64,000 bases of DNA from a virus (lineage: Duplodnaviria > Caudoviricetes): positions 13,060 through 77,059 of the IMG/VR virus record IMGVR_UViG_3300032234_001062; one strand, written 5' to 3'. Shown in pieces: positions 10,351-21,656 of the stretch (position 1 is the first letter of the stretch; each line of letters begins with the position of its first letter). Both the position numbers and the translations under genes were made by a program. The notes beneath the pieces were generated by a model that was not told the origin of the DNA, did not search any database, and saw only the letters and a program-made list of their open reading frames with translations.

Positions 10351-11091
10351 TTATCCTATTAACATCCAAGTATTATCGTAAAAATATATTTCTTTATTAC
10401 TAGATATATTTACAGATCCTGAGACGTTATTTATTAAAAAATTATTAGATGTTATATTCACAGTTCCAGATGAAATTAAATTAAGTTTAATTTTATCTGA
10501 ATTTTTAGCATTATTTGGAAGGGTTAAATTTATTGAATTAATATTATTTATTAATAAATTATCATTAATTTTTAAATTTCTATTTCCATTAATTAATCTA
10601 GGTGAATCATCAAATGAAATATAAGATGAATTATCTCCTGTTCCACAATACCCAGTTGTTCCAGAACAATAAGGAAATAAAAGATTAATGCTATCAAAAT
10701 TAGTATTTAATGTTATAAAATTAGAATAATAATTTATATTATTAGAAATTATTACTCCAGATGCAAAAGTTCCATCTGGTTTATCACTGAATCTTAATGT
10801 TAATGATTTTTGTGCAAGATCAGTACAATCAAAATAATATTTTTGATTTTTTTCTAAATTAAATGTTATTTGACCATCATTTCCGAGTTTAAGATCATTA
10901 AAATAAAAATTAGTTCCACTAGCAGTAACATTTATTTTTTTATATGAATCATATTCCCAAGTGTTTTGATTATTATTAGAAGTTAATGTTTGTCCAAATG
11001 GAATTGCATTTGGAATTTTATTTTTTAAAATATTAATTTCATTATCTTGAGATGTATCTTTAGTGTTTAAATTAGTAAATTGGAAACTCAT
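10351..11091 (-). CDS. Virion structural protein (C-terminal T4 gp9/gp10-like domain)
   Basis: 246 aa. YYFDCTD...LRFSDKPDGTF motif, seen in T4-like structural proteins, and INLTLP...W C-terminal pattern. Confidence 0.5.
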   Translation of the reverse strand: MSFQFTNLNTKDTSQDNEINILKNKIPNAIPFGQTLTSNNNQNTWEYDSYKKINVTASGTNFYFNDLKLGNDGQITFNLEKNQKYYFDCTDLAQKSLTLRFSDKPDGTFASGVIISNNINYYSNFITLNTNFDSINLLFPYCSGTTGYCGTGDNSSYISFDDSPRLINGNRNLKINDNLLINNINSINLTLPNNAKNSDKIKLNLISSGTVNITSNNFLINNVSGSVNISSNKEIYFYDNTWMLIG

Positions 11092-12395
11092 TTAATTTTT
11101 TTCCTAAATATAATTATTTTTTTAGTACTTCCTAGATTATTCTTCATTTTTAAATTGTTTCCATCCATAAAAAAACAAAGACCACCACTAGAATCAGAAT
11201 CTAAAATTATATCAGAAGAAGTTTCTATTAATGCATCTACTGGTGTTGATTGATAAATATATCCACTAAAAATAGTTAGATTAGAATCATCTTGAATAAA
11301 ACCATCTAATCTATATGAATAACCTTCATTTAAATTAACAGATGATCCATTAGTTAATTCATAAACTTTTCTTTCATTAAATCTTTCATATTCATGATCG
11401 TTAAATAAAAATATAGTTGTAGTTGATAAAGCAGTAAATAATTTTCTATTATTAGTTCCTAATAAATTTGTAAATTTTCCAGGAACTGATGAACTATCAG
11501 TTAAATAATATGTTGTTCCTTCTACAATTGGACTTCCATTAAAAGTTAATCCATCTGGAAATTCTAATAATCCAAAAAAAGCAATTTTAATTTTATTTCC
11601 AGCTGAACTTGTTATAATTCCTAACATATCTAAACTAAAATTATTAGAATATGCTAATTTCCAATATTTATCTGTAGTATCATAATATGTAAAATCACCG
11701 ACTGAAAATGGATTAGAATTTCCTGGATAATTAGATAAAGAAATAGTAACATCTAATTGATAAACTCCGCCTCCACCTCCACTTCCTGAAAAACTTAAAG
11801 TCGACCAAGCTCCAGAAGGTGTTTCATTATTTGTTATTATTAATCCTAGACTTGCAGCAGAAGCAACTGTAAAATATGATAATGAATTATTATATCTATA
11901 AACTCTAACTGGAACATTACTTCCATTAATAAATAAAAATTGTCTTCCAATCGTTAAATTTTCAGCATCTGGTAAAACTACTGATATAAAACTTCCAATA
12001 GATTCACCTTCAAAATATATTGAATTTGATGTTTCTACAGTTAAATTAGTTGTTTCAGCAGTAGAAACATCAATTTTTAAAAAATTAGCTGTATCAGCAA
12101 TTTTAATAAAATTTGATGAATCATTTGAAAAAGAAGCTGATGTAGTTAATGTATTCTTTGAATACCAAATTGAGTCATTATATAAAAATAATTCTCGATC
12201 ACCAATTAATAATCCAGTACTCCATGTTCTTAATCGTAATGACTCTCGTAATGATTCTGAACTGGCTCTTTGCCATCCAGTTCCAAAATTTCTAAAATGT
12301 AATACTCCATCAATCGAACGTAATTCAATTTTTTTCTCACCAACTCCTAAAGAAAAAATTTCAGAATTAGTTCCTAATACATCTAATAATTTCAT
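11088..12395 (-). CDS. Tail-fibre / baseplate accessory protein, paralogue of 12396..13334
   Basis: 435 aa. The N-terminus GTNSEIFSLGVG...LHFRNFG aligns by eye with GTTSEVFRIGEG...LYFRNFG of the neighbour. Confidence 0.65.
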   Translation of the reverse strand: MKLLDVLGTNSEIFSLGVGEKKIELRSIDGVLHFRNFGTGWQRASSESLRESLRLRTWSTGLLIGDRELFLYNDSIWYSKNTLTTSASFSNDSSNFIKIADTANFLKIDVSTAETTNLTVETSNSIYFEGESIGSFISVVLPDAENLTIGRQFLFINGSNVPVRVYRYNNSLSYFTVASAASLGLIITNNETPSGAWSTLSFSGSGGGGGVYQLDVTISLSNYPGNSNPFSVGDFTYYDTTDKYWKLAYSNNFSLDMLGIITSSAGNKIKIAFFGLLEFPDGLTFNGSPIVEGTTYYLTDSSSVPGKFTNLLGTNNRKLFTALSTTTIFLFNDHEYERFNERKVYELTNGSSVNLNEGYSYRLDGFIQDDSNLTIFSGYIYQSTPVDALIETSSDIILDSDSSGGLCFFMDGNNLKMKNNLGSTKKIIIFRKKIK

Positions 12396-13334
12396 TTAAC
12401 TTCCTTGCTGATATAAATTATGAAAAATAATTTCTCGATTAATACCAGTATTATTTTTTATATATAAATCATTATTAATATTAAAAAAACAAAAACGCTG
12501 TGGTGAGTCTCCACTGACTATTTGATCACTAAAAGTTATAATTTTACAAGAATTTCCACCAGTGGTCCAAAAAATATCTCCATTTAATCCAGAATCTCTT
12601 GAATCAAAAAAAGAATATTTACCTGATTTATCTATTAAAAAAATTCCACTTGCTCCAATAAATTTATATTGTTGATTATTTTGAAATGTAATTTTTCTAA
12701 CATCTAATCCAAAATTAATTATATCTGTTGAAATTGAAAGACTAGTCCAAAAATCAGCATTACTATAATCTAATAAAACAATAATTTTATTATCATTTGG
12801 ATTTAATTCTGTAATTAAAAAATTATTATTGCTATAAACACTTATTTTCTTGGGTGAATTATTTTGTAATAAGTATTGCGATCCTATTCCTATAGATGTT
12901 GGATCAGGCATTTTAACTGTAAAGCCACCAATTCCAGTTCCATATAAATGAATAAAATTAGATGATAAAATATTTAATTCATATAAATTATTAGTATAAG
13001 CATCTACATTAATTTTAGTTAAATTATTAATATTTGAAATTCTACGATAATAATTATTACTATAAATAAAATTATTTCCAGAAGTATGATTTCCTATTAC
13101 TTGAAAAAGACTTTGATTATAATAAATTAAGTCACCTACACTATAATAATTACTAGGAGCCCAATTTATTGGTGAAAGAGTAATATCAGCATCATTAGAT
13201 AATAATTCTTTAAAAGTATCACCAAAATTTCTAAAATATAATTTTCCTTCTATTACTCTTAAATCAACCGCATTAGTTCCTTCACCTATTCTAAAAACTT
13301 CTGAAGTTGTACCACTTATATTTATACTTTTCAT
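12396..13334 (-). CDS. Tail-fibre / baseplate accessory protein with a CBM5/12-like motif
   Basis: 312 aa. WAPSNYYSVGDLIYYNQSLFQ resembles the W....Y..GD.V.Y.G..Y motif of chitin-binding type modules. Confidence 0.6.
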   Translation of the reverse strand: MKSINISGTTSEVFRIGEGTNAVDLRVIEGKLYFRNFGDTFKELLSNDADITLSPINWAPSNYYSVGDLIYYNQSLFQVIGNHTSGNNFIYSNNYYRRISNINNLTKINVDAYTNNLYELNILSSNFIHLYGTGIGGFTVKMPDPTSIGIGSQYLLQNNSPKKISVYSNNNFLITELNPNDNKIIVLLDYSNADFWTSLSISTDIINFGLDVRKITFQNNQQYKFIGASGIFLIDKSGKYSFFDSRDSGLNGDIFWTTGGNSCKIITFSDQIVSGDSPQRFCFFNINNDLYIKNNTGINREIIFHNLYQQGS

Positions 13335-13360
13335 AATTATAATATTTTTTGGATTTTATT

Positions 13361-16300
13361 TTAATTTTCTTTATAAAATCTTAATTTTAAATTTTCTCCA
13401 GTTGAATTTTGAAAAGTAACATAATTAGTGGAAGGTGATATGAAGATATTAAATTTTCCTATAGTATTAGAAATATTAGAAACGATTGAACTACTTGTAT
13501 CTATTGATATGATAGGTTCACCATTAGTAACTTTAATTCCCATAGTTATATTTAAAGTAGGATCATTTAAATTAAAGATTCGATATAAACCAGTTTCTTG
13601 AGAACCATAAATATCATATATATCAATAGAATTATTATTTAAAATATTAATATCAACTCGATTATATTGTAAAAATTTAATTTCCTCAGCTTTTAAAATA
13701 TCACTCTTAATTTCATTAAATATAGGTGAATTAGAACTTGTTTGGATGTTAGTAATATAATTTCTTCCTACTATTTGAGAAGTTCCCCATGGATCACCAT
13801 CAAAACCATGTTGATAATATCTTAAATTTTTATTTAAATCAATATATAACCAAGAAAAATATCCAAATTTATTAATACTAACATTACTTCTTGTTGCTGT
13901 TTTAATATTAAATGGTAAATTATTAAAAGGAGTTCCTAATCTATGTAAATTACCATCAGGATTGAATAACATCGTATAGAATTTATTACTTATTAATTCA
14001 TAACCTAAAACTGTGCTCCAACCTTCTATTAATTTAGAGGATCCTAATAAAATCCAATTAGAATTTTCTGGTTGAGAAATAGGTAAATCAAATTGTTGAT
14101 TTACAATTTGATTAGTGCTATCTACTAAATTTTTATTAATTTTTTTAGTTATTGGATCAACCCAAACATTTAAAATATTATTATCATATTCGATAGATTG
14201 TAAGTAAATGTTTTTATCTATATTTTTATTATTACCTTCATATCTTATTTCAGTATTTTCATACCAATCTGAATCAGGAAAAATTCTTGATCTACTTATT
14301 ACAAAATTTCTTAATTTCATAAATATTTGATCTGATTTATCTTTTTGATAATAATATACAACTGTAAAAGAATCTTTAGATATTGAAACTAAGTGAGCTG
14401 ATATAAACATCATTTCACTTCTAAAAATTCCATCATCATCTATTTGAGATGAATCTAAATTAAATGAATCAATTGAATAAATAGGATAATTTTTAACTAT
14501 TATACCTTTCCAATTAATTCCTCCAACTTTAATTGAATTATTTGTATATAAACGATTACGATTTTGTTCAGCTTTTAAAACTCTTTCATATTCTATATTA
14601 TCTGTGAAAGGTAAAGTTAATGTTTTAGAATATAATTTATTATTACTAATAAATACTGAGTAAAAATCATCAACCTCTCCACTTTTTTGAACAAAGAATT
14701 TATTTCCTAAACTAGTTTCATTAAAAATTCTTTTTGGAGTACTATCAACAATAGTATTATTTTGTTTATTAATGAACGATACGTTATGATAATTAGATCC
14801 ACCAGATACATTTGTATAAAATAAAACTAATCCATCATCATATGATGAATTAAATATTTGCGGTTCATCTAATATTTGATTTCCTGTTCCAGATGCAGAA
14901 TAATAAGTACCAGAAGAGGATGTTGCTTCATTAATTCCAGCATTATTAATACTGAATTGTATATCAAAAAAGTGAAGTGATCCTGTAGAATTACCAATCA
15001 CAAAAATTTTATTATTATCAATTTTATCTGCTGTAAAATTAATTTTAGAATATTGACGACTAGAATTAAGATTTAATGAATATGGAGTTACAGTAAATAA
15101 ATTTGTAAAATTTAAAGTTCCACTAAAATCTGATGAAAAATTAAGAAAATTTAATCTAGTTTCATTATTTGTTGGTGATATTAAATATCCAACATTATCT
15201 TTTCTATAAAAAGCAACATCATATTCTGCGTTAACTCCACTTAATACGTTTAATGTTGGATTATAATATGTACTAGCACTATTAGTATATTTAGTTGTAT
15301 CAGTGGCTCCAAAATTAGAAGATGTTTTTAAACTATTATAATTTACACCGTGAATATGATATTTTTTATCAGAAGTATTTAATAAAATTATTCCTAAAAT
15401 ATTATCTGCGATGCTTATAATTTTTCCAAAATTTTTAGAATAATTAGCAGAATTTACTATATCTAATCTTTGAGTTGATTTTTTTATAGTAAAACCATCA
15501 ACTTTAAAAAATTCTAAATAAACATTACTTGAATTAGCCCATAAAATAAAAATTAATTTTAAATTATCTTGATTCAAAAAGAATATATCTTCTATTTTTG
15601 GTGTAGTTCCAGATAAAGAAAAATCTAAGGAATTATAACTTGAATTTATTGAATGAGTTGTTTTATTTATCGTTGAAACAACCTTGATATTATAATTAGT
15701 TGATGTAGTTTGAGAAATAAATAAATAATTATTATTATCTAATAATATGTTTTTGAAGAAATAATCAGCTGTATATGAAGATGATAATTCAAAATTAGTG
15801 TTTTGAATTATATTTTTAGTAAAACTAGGTCTAAAATTATATACTGAATATTTATATGTATTTCCTTGCATATAAGTTGCAATTAAAGTTGATTGTCCTA
15901 CTGTGTTTAAATTTATTAAACTTGCACCAGTAACTAATGAATCTTCAAAAGAATTATATAATTCACCACCATCATTAAAAAATGCTTTTAGAATAATTTT
16001 TCCTGCTTTAATATATGAAACAATAAAAATATCTTCATTTAAAACAGACATTGAAATACTATCTATTTTTTCAGTTAATCCAGATTCTATAAATATAGGA
16101 CTAGGAAGAGTTTTAGATGTATTAGAATCATTAATTGGATATTTCCATCTCTTTGTCCAATGATCTAAAATTACTAATTTAAGACTAAATTGTTCAAAAA
16201 TTTCTTTATCTAAATATAAGATAGCAATATCATTATTATCTAATTCAATTACATTAATAATATTTCCAGTAACTGTAATATTATTATTAGTAATTGTTCT

Positions 16301-19300
16301 ATAATCTATTGTTTTAGATACAGCAGTAGAATCATCAAAAAATTGTAATTTTCCTTCTTGATCAAATATTTTAATTTTAGATCCAAAAATATTAGAATAT
16401 GCTACTAGGAATGAATCTTTAGAGAATTTACAAATAGATGGATATGTTGTTAAAGTATTATCACTATCAATAATCTTTATATCAGTTTGTATTGTTCTAG
16501 GTACATTAGCTGTTGGATAATAATAGTAAGTTATTAATCCTATTTCAGTAATTGATCTTTGAAATACTATTCCTATTCTATTAAGTCCTGTATTATTTAT
16601 TTCAAATATAAATGGAGATATAATTGGTAAATCAGGAGAAATTATAGTTTCTGAATCAGTTAATTGAACTCCATTTATATCGAATAATTTTATTTTAATG
16701 TAATAATTTTGTCCAGATGTTAATGTTAATAAAGATACATATGCTACTGCAAAATAATTTTCATTAAATTTACAAATTCTAACTTCATTACAAGAAATAG
16801 TATCTACTATTACTTCATTAACAGTTGTAGTGCTTTGTGCTCCAATATCAGATGTTTCTTCTGATTTAATGAATTTTATTATTTTTATTTTTGGACGAGA
16901 ATTATCAGGACTAATAAAAGCTGTAATTACAGAATCATTTATATATACTGTTGATCTTTTAATAGTTGAACTGCTAAAACCAGTTAAAGGATAAGTAACA
17001 TTGCTTAAACCTAAATTTTGTCCCTGTAAATTTTGAGCGTTAATAAATTCATATGGTTTATATTTAATTGTTTCTGTTTTTAAATATAATAAATTTTCTT
17101 TATATCTTGTGGAATCTAATACTAATGATTTACTTAAATATTTTTCTGAAATTATTTTAGTTGTGCTTTTATTAGAATTTAAATCATTTAAATCTTTATC
17201 TAATAATTTAATGAATTCTCTTTGTTTTAATCTTCTTTTAACATCTAAATTACAATTAATATTAGATAAAAATTCATAATTATTTTTTCTTAATAATCCA
17301 TAAAGCATCATATTCTTTTCAAATGGTGCTGGATATAAATAATTCCATTTACTATCTATTGAATAATCTAAATCATATAATCCATCATCAATAACCATTT
17401 TAGAATTTTCTATAGGATTTTCAAAAATTAATTTCTTTTTATAGAAATCTGATAATGAAGAATAGAATCCATCATTAGTTGGAACAAAAGATTCATCATA
17501 AAAATTAATTCCTACAAATGGCAAAGTAGATCCACTAGCATATACTGTTGTAGTACCTGTAGGACTATAAATATAATTTTCACTATAATCTAAAAAAGAA
17601 AAGTCTGATATTAATTGTCCAGTAGTAAAATCCTCTGTAGAGATTGAATCTTTTTCTAATGATATATTCTCTAATAAAACATTATTTTTACCTACATAAA
17701 TAGGAGTATCGTATAAGTGATTACTAAATTTTACTAAATACTTCTCTTCATCAAAAGAGAAATTAGTAAATTCTGAATCTTTATAAACTATATTATAACT
17801 ATCATTTATATCTACATCGAATGGACCAGTAAATCCAAAATTTTCATCACTAATTAATCCATTGATTTTCCAACTTTTTTTAATTTCATTTTCTTCATTG
17901 AATTTATAATCAATATCTGAAATTTTATCTTGTAGATTTATTTTTAATGTATCACTAACATCTACATGTTTAATTGAGAAATCTGTACTATTACCATCTA
18001 TTACATCATATTTATTATATGATACAAATACTCTTCTAGGAATTGCATCTGGATGAAATTTAAAAGCACCTATATGTACATCAACAAAAACTTCATCTTC
18101 ATCTTGAGAATAATTTATTTTTTCGTCTAATGATCTAGCAATAACTTGATATTTTGTTGGTCTAAAATGAGGAGCTTGAGAACGATCATTATATTGAGTT
18201 GAGATATCTCCAAATTCATCTTCTATTTTAAAACTATCACCTGGATATTTACCTGTAACTGTTCTATAATAAACTTCTACAAAAGACGAACTAGCATCAT
18301 TATTATTTGAAATTAAAGATTCAGTAACAATATATGGAGTTCCTTGCTGTTGTGGATTAGTAATATCATTATAACCTTTTAAACTTAAAAAATACCATGT
18401 AGATGAATTTATTTTAGGTATATTATTTAAATCTGTATATTCTAATGATACTTTAGAATAAGAATTTTGATCACCAAAAGTACCATTAATTCCACTTAAT
18501 ACTTGACTTTTAATGTTGTCAGAAGTAATATAATTACTTGAATTAGTTACATCTTGAATTTGATTTTTAAAAATAATAAATTGAGATGAAGTAGTGATAT
18601 CTTTGTATAATCCAGTGACTTGTATGTAATTTCTTTGAACTTCTATTATTTTTCCAATCTGTAAATAACCTTGTCCAGATGATATTAGAATAAAATCTGA
18701 TCCTTCATTTAAAACTGTAATTCCAAAAGAATTAAAATTAAGATTAACATTAGTTATTGTAGTTACTTTTTGATTATTTTGAATTATAGAGTTAACATTT
18801 GTAGATGTTAATGGATCACTTAATTGTGGATACGTTGATATTTTATATGTAATACCCTCTTGACCTATTGAAGTTGGGTTATTTCTTATTCCTAAATTAA
18901 AAGAAATTAAATCAACAAAATTTAATCCAAAAACATTATTTTGAATATTAGTTAGTATAAAAGGTATATTAGTTAATTTTCCAGTATCAATATTAGCGTA
19001 GTGTGGCTGTGGAACACTAGTTTCATCATAAACTTTTAAATATGTATCATTATTAGTATCTTCATTATATGAATATCCTATAACTGGACTAGTTATTATA
19101 CCTTGTCCATCTTCCCAATCTAATAATCTACCTTTAATATCTGTTAGATGTACAAAATCATTTGTTTTAATATAAAAATAACTATTATATTCATTTATTG
19201 GGGCTTTAATTATATTTTGAACGCCACCTGTAATTCCAGCAATTGATGTTATATTTTTTATTGAATCTATAACTACAGAGGTTGAACTATCTGATGTTTT

Positions 19301-20380
19301 ATAAAGTAAAACAGATAAAACACCTATTGTTTTTAAATCTACATATCCACCTGCAATAACTTGATTTTTACTATTATCTCGATAAAGAGGTATTTTAATA
19401 TTAATGGTATAATTAACAGAATCTAATGATAATATTTCAAATGATCCATCGAATGTTTTATTATCTGTTTTAACTAAATTTAAAAAATCACCTATTGAAA
19501 AATCATTTGTTATTGATCTATTACTTTTTTTAACTTTAACTTGATGAGTTGTTCCACTTACATAAACAATACTTTCAATTTGATATATTACATCTAATTG
19601 AGTATTGATTGGTGGAATTGTCTGTATAACTTCAGTTCCTTTTAATATTTCCCATTGTGATTTTTGTATATTATATGAAATTAAATCTCTACGATAAACT
19701 TCATAATTACTATAATCACCAATTGTATCTATTTCTTTTCCTATTTCAAAAGTAGGAATATCCATAAATAAAACTACTGATCCAGAAGCTAATGTATAAT
19801 TTGATTTTAAATTTTGTGATAATTCTACAGATGTTCCTGTAATTCCAACTACTTGAGTTCCATCTCGAAACTCAGATCCAAATATTATAGATCCTTGACT
19901 AATATTATTTTGAATATCAATATCAGTTGAATTTAATTCAATAATTTTTGTAGATCCACTTGCTACACTTTTAACTGTAGAATAAAAACTAGAAGGTTCT
20001 AAGAAGATGATTTCGTCGTTATATTTAATTTGTCCACTTTTGATTCCAAAAGATTTAATATAATCTCCATCGACTCTTTCATCTATTTTTACATTATAAA
20101 TTTCAAAATTATCACCAACATTATAAAATGATCCATTTGAAATTAATGAATTTATTTTTTGATATTCATCAAATAATTTTTTATCGTTATGTAATAAATC
20201 AATAAAAGTTTGATCTATTTGAGATGAATCAACATTATCACCAAATTTTACTAATCTAATAGTTTCTTCATTATAACTAGCACCAATATCTAATGAACTA
20301 AAATTTTGGTTAGCAACAGTAGGAATATCAACAAAAGAGTTACTTTGTAAGGAGAAATATTTTTTTCTTAGAACGCTCAT
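13361..20380 (-). CDS. Very large virion structural protein (probable tail fibre or peripheral baseplate protein with beta-propeller repeats)
   Basis: 2339-aa ORF directly downstream of the baseplate wedge genes, with repeated beta-rich units (F.VAY.., IKI..FD..G). Confidence 0.7.
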   Translation of the reverse strand: MSVLRKKYFSLQSNSFVDIPTVANQNFSSLDIGASYNEETIRLVKFGDNVDSSQIDQTFIDLLHNDKKLFDEYQKINSLISNGSFYNVGDNFEIYNVKIDERVDGDYIKSFGIKSGQIKYNDEIIFLEPSSFYSTVKSVASGSTKIIELNSTDIDIQNNISQGSIIFGSEFRDGTQVVGITGTSVELSQNLKSNYTLASGSVVLFMDIPTFEIGKEIDTIGDYSNYEVYRRDLISYNIQKSQWEILKGTEVIQTIPPINTQLDVIYQIESIVYVSGTTHQVKVKKSNRSITNDFSIGDFLNLVKTDNKTFDGSFEILSLDSVNYTINIKIPLYRDNSKNQVIAGGYVDLKTIGVLSVLLYKTSDSSTSVVIDSIKNITSIAGITGGVQNIIKAPINEYNSYFYIKTNDFVHLTDIKGRLLDWEDGQGIITSPVIGYSYNEDTNNDTYLKVYDETSVPQPHYANIDTGKLTNIPFILTNIQNNVFGLNFVDLISFNLGIRNNPTSIGQEGITYKISTYPQLSDPLTSTNVNSIIQNNQKVTTITNVNLNFNSFGITVLNEGSDFILISSGQGYLQIGKIIEVQRNYIQVTGLYKDITTSSQFIIFKNQIQDVTNSSNYITSDNIKSQVLSGINGTFGDQNSYSKVSLEYTDLNNIPKINSSTWYFLSLKGYNDITNPQQQGTPYIVTESLISNNNDASSSFVEVYYRTVTGKYPGDSFKIEDEFGDISTQYNDRSQAPHFRPTKYQVIARSLDEKINYSQDEDEVFVDVHIGAFKFHPDAIPRRVFVSYNKYDVIDGNSTDFSIKHVDVSDTLKINLQDKISDIDYKFNEENEIKKSWKINGLISDENFGFTGPFDVDINDSYNIVYKDSEFTNFSFDEEKYLVKFSNHLYDTPIYVGKNNVLLENISLEKDSISTEDFTTGQLISDFSFLDYSENYIYSPTGTTTVYASGSTLPFVGINFYDESFVPTNDGFYSSLSDFYKKKLIFENPIENSKMVIDDGLYDLDYSIDSKWNYLYPAPFEKNMMLYGLLRKNNYEFLSNINCNLDVKRRLKQREFIKLLDKDLNDLNSNKSTTKIISEKYLSKSLVLDSTRYKENLLYLKTETIKYKPYEFINAQNLQGQNLGLSNVTYPLTGFSSSTIKRSTVYINDSVITAFISPDNSRPKIKIIKFIKSEETSDIGAQSTTTVNEVIVDTISCNEVRICKFNENYFAVAYVSLLTLTSGQNYYIKIKLFDINGVQLTDSETIISPDLPIISPFIFEINNTGLNRIGIVFQRSITEIGLITYYYYPTANVPRTIQTDIKIIDSDNTLTTYPSICKFSKDSFLVAYSNIFGSKIKIFDQEGKLQFFDDSTAVSKTIDYRTITNNNITVTGNIINVIELDNNDIAILYLDKEIFEQFSLKLVILDHWTKRWKYPINDSNTSKTLPSPIFIESGLTEKIDSISMSVLNEDIFIVSYIKAGKIILKAFFNDGGELYNSFEDSLVTGASLINLNTVGQSTLIATYMQGNTYKYSVYNFRPSFTKNIIQNTNFELSSSYTADYFFKNILLDNNNYLFISQTTSTNYNIKVVSTINKTTHSINSSYNSLDFSLSGTTPKIEDIFFLNQDNLKLIFILWANSSNVYLEFFKVDGFTIKKSTQRLDIVNSANYSKNFGKIISIADNILGIILLNTSDKKYHIHGVNYNSLKTSSNFGATDTTKYTNSASTYYNPTLNVLSGVNAEYDVAFYRKDNVGYLISPTNNETRLNFLNFSSDFSGTLNFTNLFTVTPYSLNLNSSRQYSKINFTADKIDNNKIFVIGNSTGSLHFFDIQFSINNAGINEATSSSGTYYSASGTGNQILDEPQIFNSSYDDGLVLFYTNVSGGSNYHNVSFINKQNNTIVDSTPKRIFNETSLGNKFFVQKSGEVDDFYSVFISNNKLYSKTLTLPFTDNIEYERVLKAEQNRNRLYTNNSIKVGGINWKGIIVKNYPIYSIDSFNLDSSQIDDDGIFRSEMMFISAHLVSISKDSFTVVYYYQKDKSDQIFMKLRNFVISRSRIFPDSDWYENTEIRYEGNNKNIDKNIYLQSIEYDNNILNVWVDPITKKINKNLVDSTNQIVNQQFDLPISQPENSNWILLGSSKLIEGWSTVLGYELISNKFYTMLFNPDGNLHRLGTPFNNLPFNIKTATRSNVSINKFGYFSWLYIDLNKNLRYYQHGFDGDPWGTSQIVGRNYITNIQTSSNSPIFNEIKSDILKAEEIKFLQYNRVDINILNNNSIDIYDIYGSQETGLYRIFNLNDPTLNITMGIKVTNGEPIISIDTSSSIVSNISNTIGKFNIFISPSTNYVTFQNSTGENLKLRFYKEN

Positions 20381-20394
20381 ATAATCTATTTTTA
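20381..20394 (-). promoter_or_regulatory. TAAAAATA-G-ATTAT element abutting the ATG (candidate late promoter)
   Basis: Minus strand reads TAAAAATAGATTAT then ATG(20380); same layout at 26714-26727 and 48543-48556. Confidence 0.5.
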
Positions 20395-20423
20395 ATCTTT
20401 TAGTTTATTTTATTTTTATTTTT

Positions 20424-21656
20424 TCATAAAATGCTTTTTATTGTCCAAGAAATAAGATATGAAGAAGCAGCATTTTTTTCAAAACCTTTTGGAGTAGAAT
20501 CAGATGGAAAAGGAAATCTAATTATTGAAAATAAATCATCTCTAGAATTAAAAAGAAATGCTTCTGTATAATATACATTTAATCCAGAACTACCATTACC
20601 TTCATTTTGAGCCATAGTAACACTAAAAGTGGCACTATAATCATCTATAAAAGATGATCCTGTAGAGTTATTATAAACAGGAGATACTGTTGAATAATAA
20701 TCTATTCCACTGGATAATGGAAATCTTGTTGCTGCTATACCAGTTCCAAAATTATATCCAGTTTTAGGAACTACTGAATTAACCATATTATAATATCCAC
20801 TAGGAAATGTAATTCTAAAACTTGTGATATTATTTACTGCTCCTGTTCCCAATGTAAATTGAACTGCCCAATATCCTTTTGTATCTGCTCCAGTAGGATA
20901 ATTATAATAAATTTTATGAGCACTTGCACTTGCATTTAAATAACTACTTCCAGAATTAACGATTGGAACATTACCATTTGTATCTCTTGAGTAAATAGTA
21001 TTAAAATTTAAAGATGCTATAACATTTCCAGTACTATTTAAAAATTCTACTAATAATTTTTTATGAGATGGAGGACGATCTGAATCAACAATAGCACTTC
21101 CAAAAATATTAGATGTAATTGCAACTGGAATAACTTTATTGACTCCCCACGTATTGCCATATGTACTAGTAAGTATTGGTCCAGATGAAACATTGCTTGC
21201 TGAATTAGTATTAATAGGTCCAGTTGATCCAGAGGGGGCTCCTGGTGTTGCTAATGGAAATCTTCCACCTGCAGGTGAATAGGATGAAGACGAAGTTAAA
21301 TTAGGTCTATAAACTGGTTCTAATAAATCATAATAATATAATCCTAAATCTGTTCCATAAGCAAAATCATTGCTTGTATAAGGAGCATTACCAAATCTCA
21401 TTCTAGAGATTTTATATTGAGTTGGATCTATTGTTCCTCTCCAACTAGATGTTCCTTGTGCTAATAATCTTATTACTGTACTTTTTGAAAGATTAGTAAT
21501 TTCATTATGAAAAGAAAAAGTATCAACTTGTACACCATTTTGATATTTAATCCACTTAAATTCTCCTGCTAATCCACCAATATCTTCACTAAATTTGTCT
21601 ATCGGTTCTTTACCTTTAGTAAAATTTTTATTCCATATCTTTTTAAATAAATTCAT
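20424..21656 (-). CDS. Tail collar / baseplate-fibre attachment protein (DUF3751-like)
   Basis: 410 aa. HNEITN...KISRMRFGN and YTEAFLFN...LFSIIRFP...K...ISWTI match the pattern of phage tail-collar proteins. Confidence 0.6.
   Translation of the reverse strand: MNLFKKIWNKNFTKGKEPIDKFSEDIGGLAGEFKWIKYQNGVQVDTFSFHNEITNLSKSTVIRLLAQGTSSWRGTIDPTQYKISRMRFGNAPYTSNDFAYGTDLGLYYYDLLEPVYRPNLTSSSSYSPAGGRFPLATPGAPSGSTGPINTNSASNVSSGPILTSTYGNTWGVNKVIPVAITSNIFGSAIVDSDRPPSHKKLLVEFLNSTGNVIASLNFNTIYSRDTNGNVPIVNSGSSYLNASASAHKIYYNYPTGADTKGYWAVQFTLGTGAVNNITSFRITFPSGYYNMVNSVVPKTGYNFGTGIAATRFPLSSGIDYYSTVSPVYNNSTGSSFIDDYSATFSVTMAQNEGNGSSGLNVYYTEAFLFNSRDDLFSIIRFPFPSDSTPKGFEKNAASSYLISWTIKSIL

Noticed and set aside
4561-16163. 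Plus-strand ORFs 4561..4869, 5083..5301, 7446..7790, 8884..9114 and 15903..16163
   Set aside because: Antisense shadows of long minus-strand genes, with no RBS or recognisable motifs.
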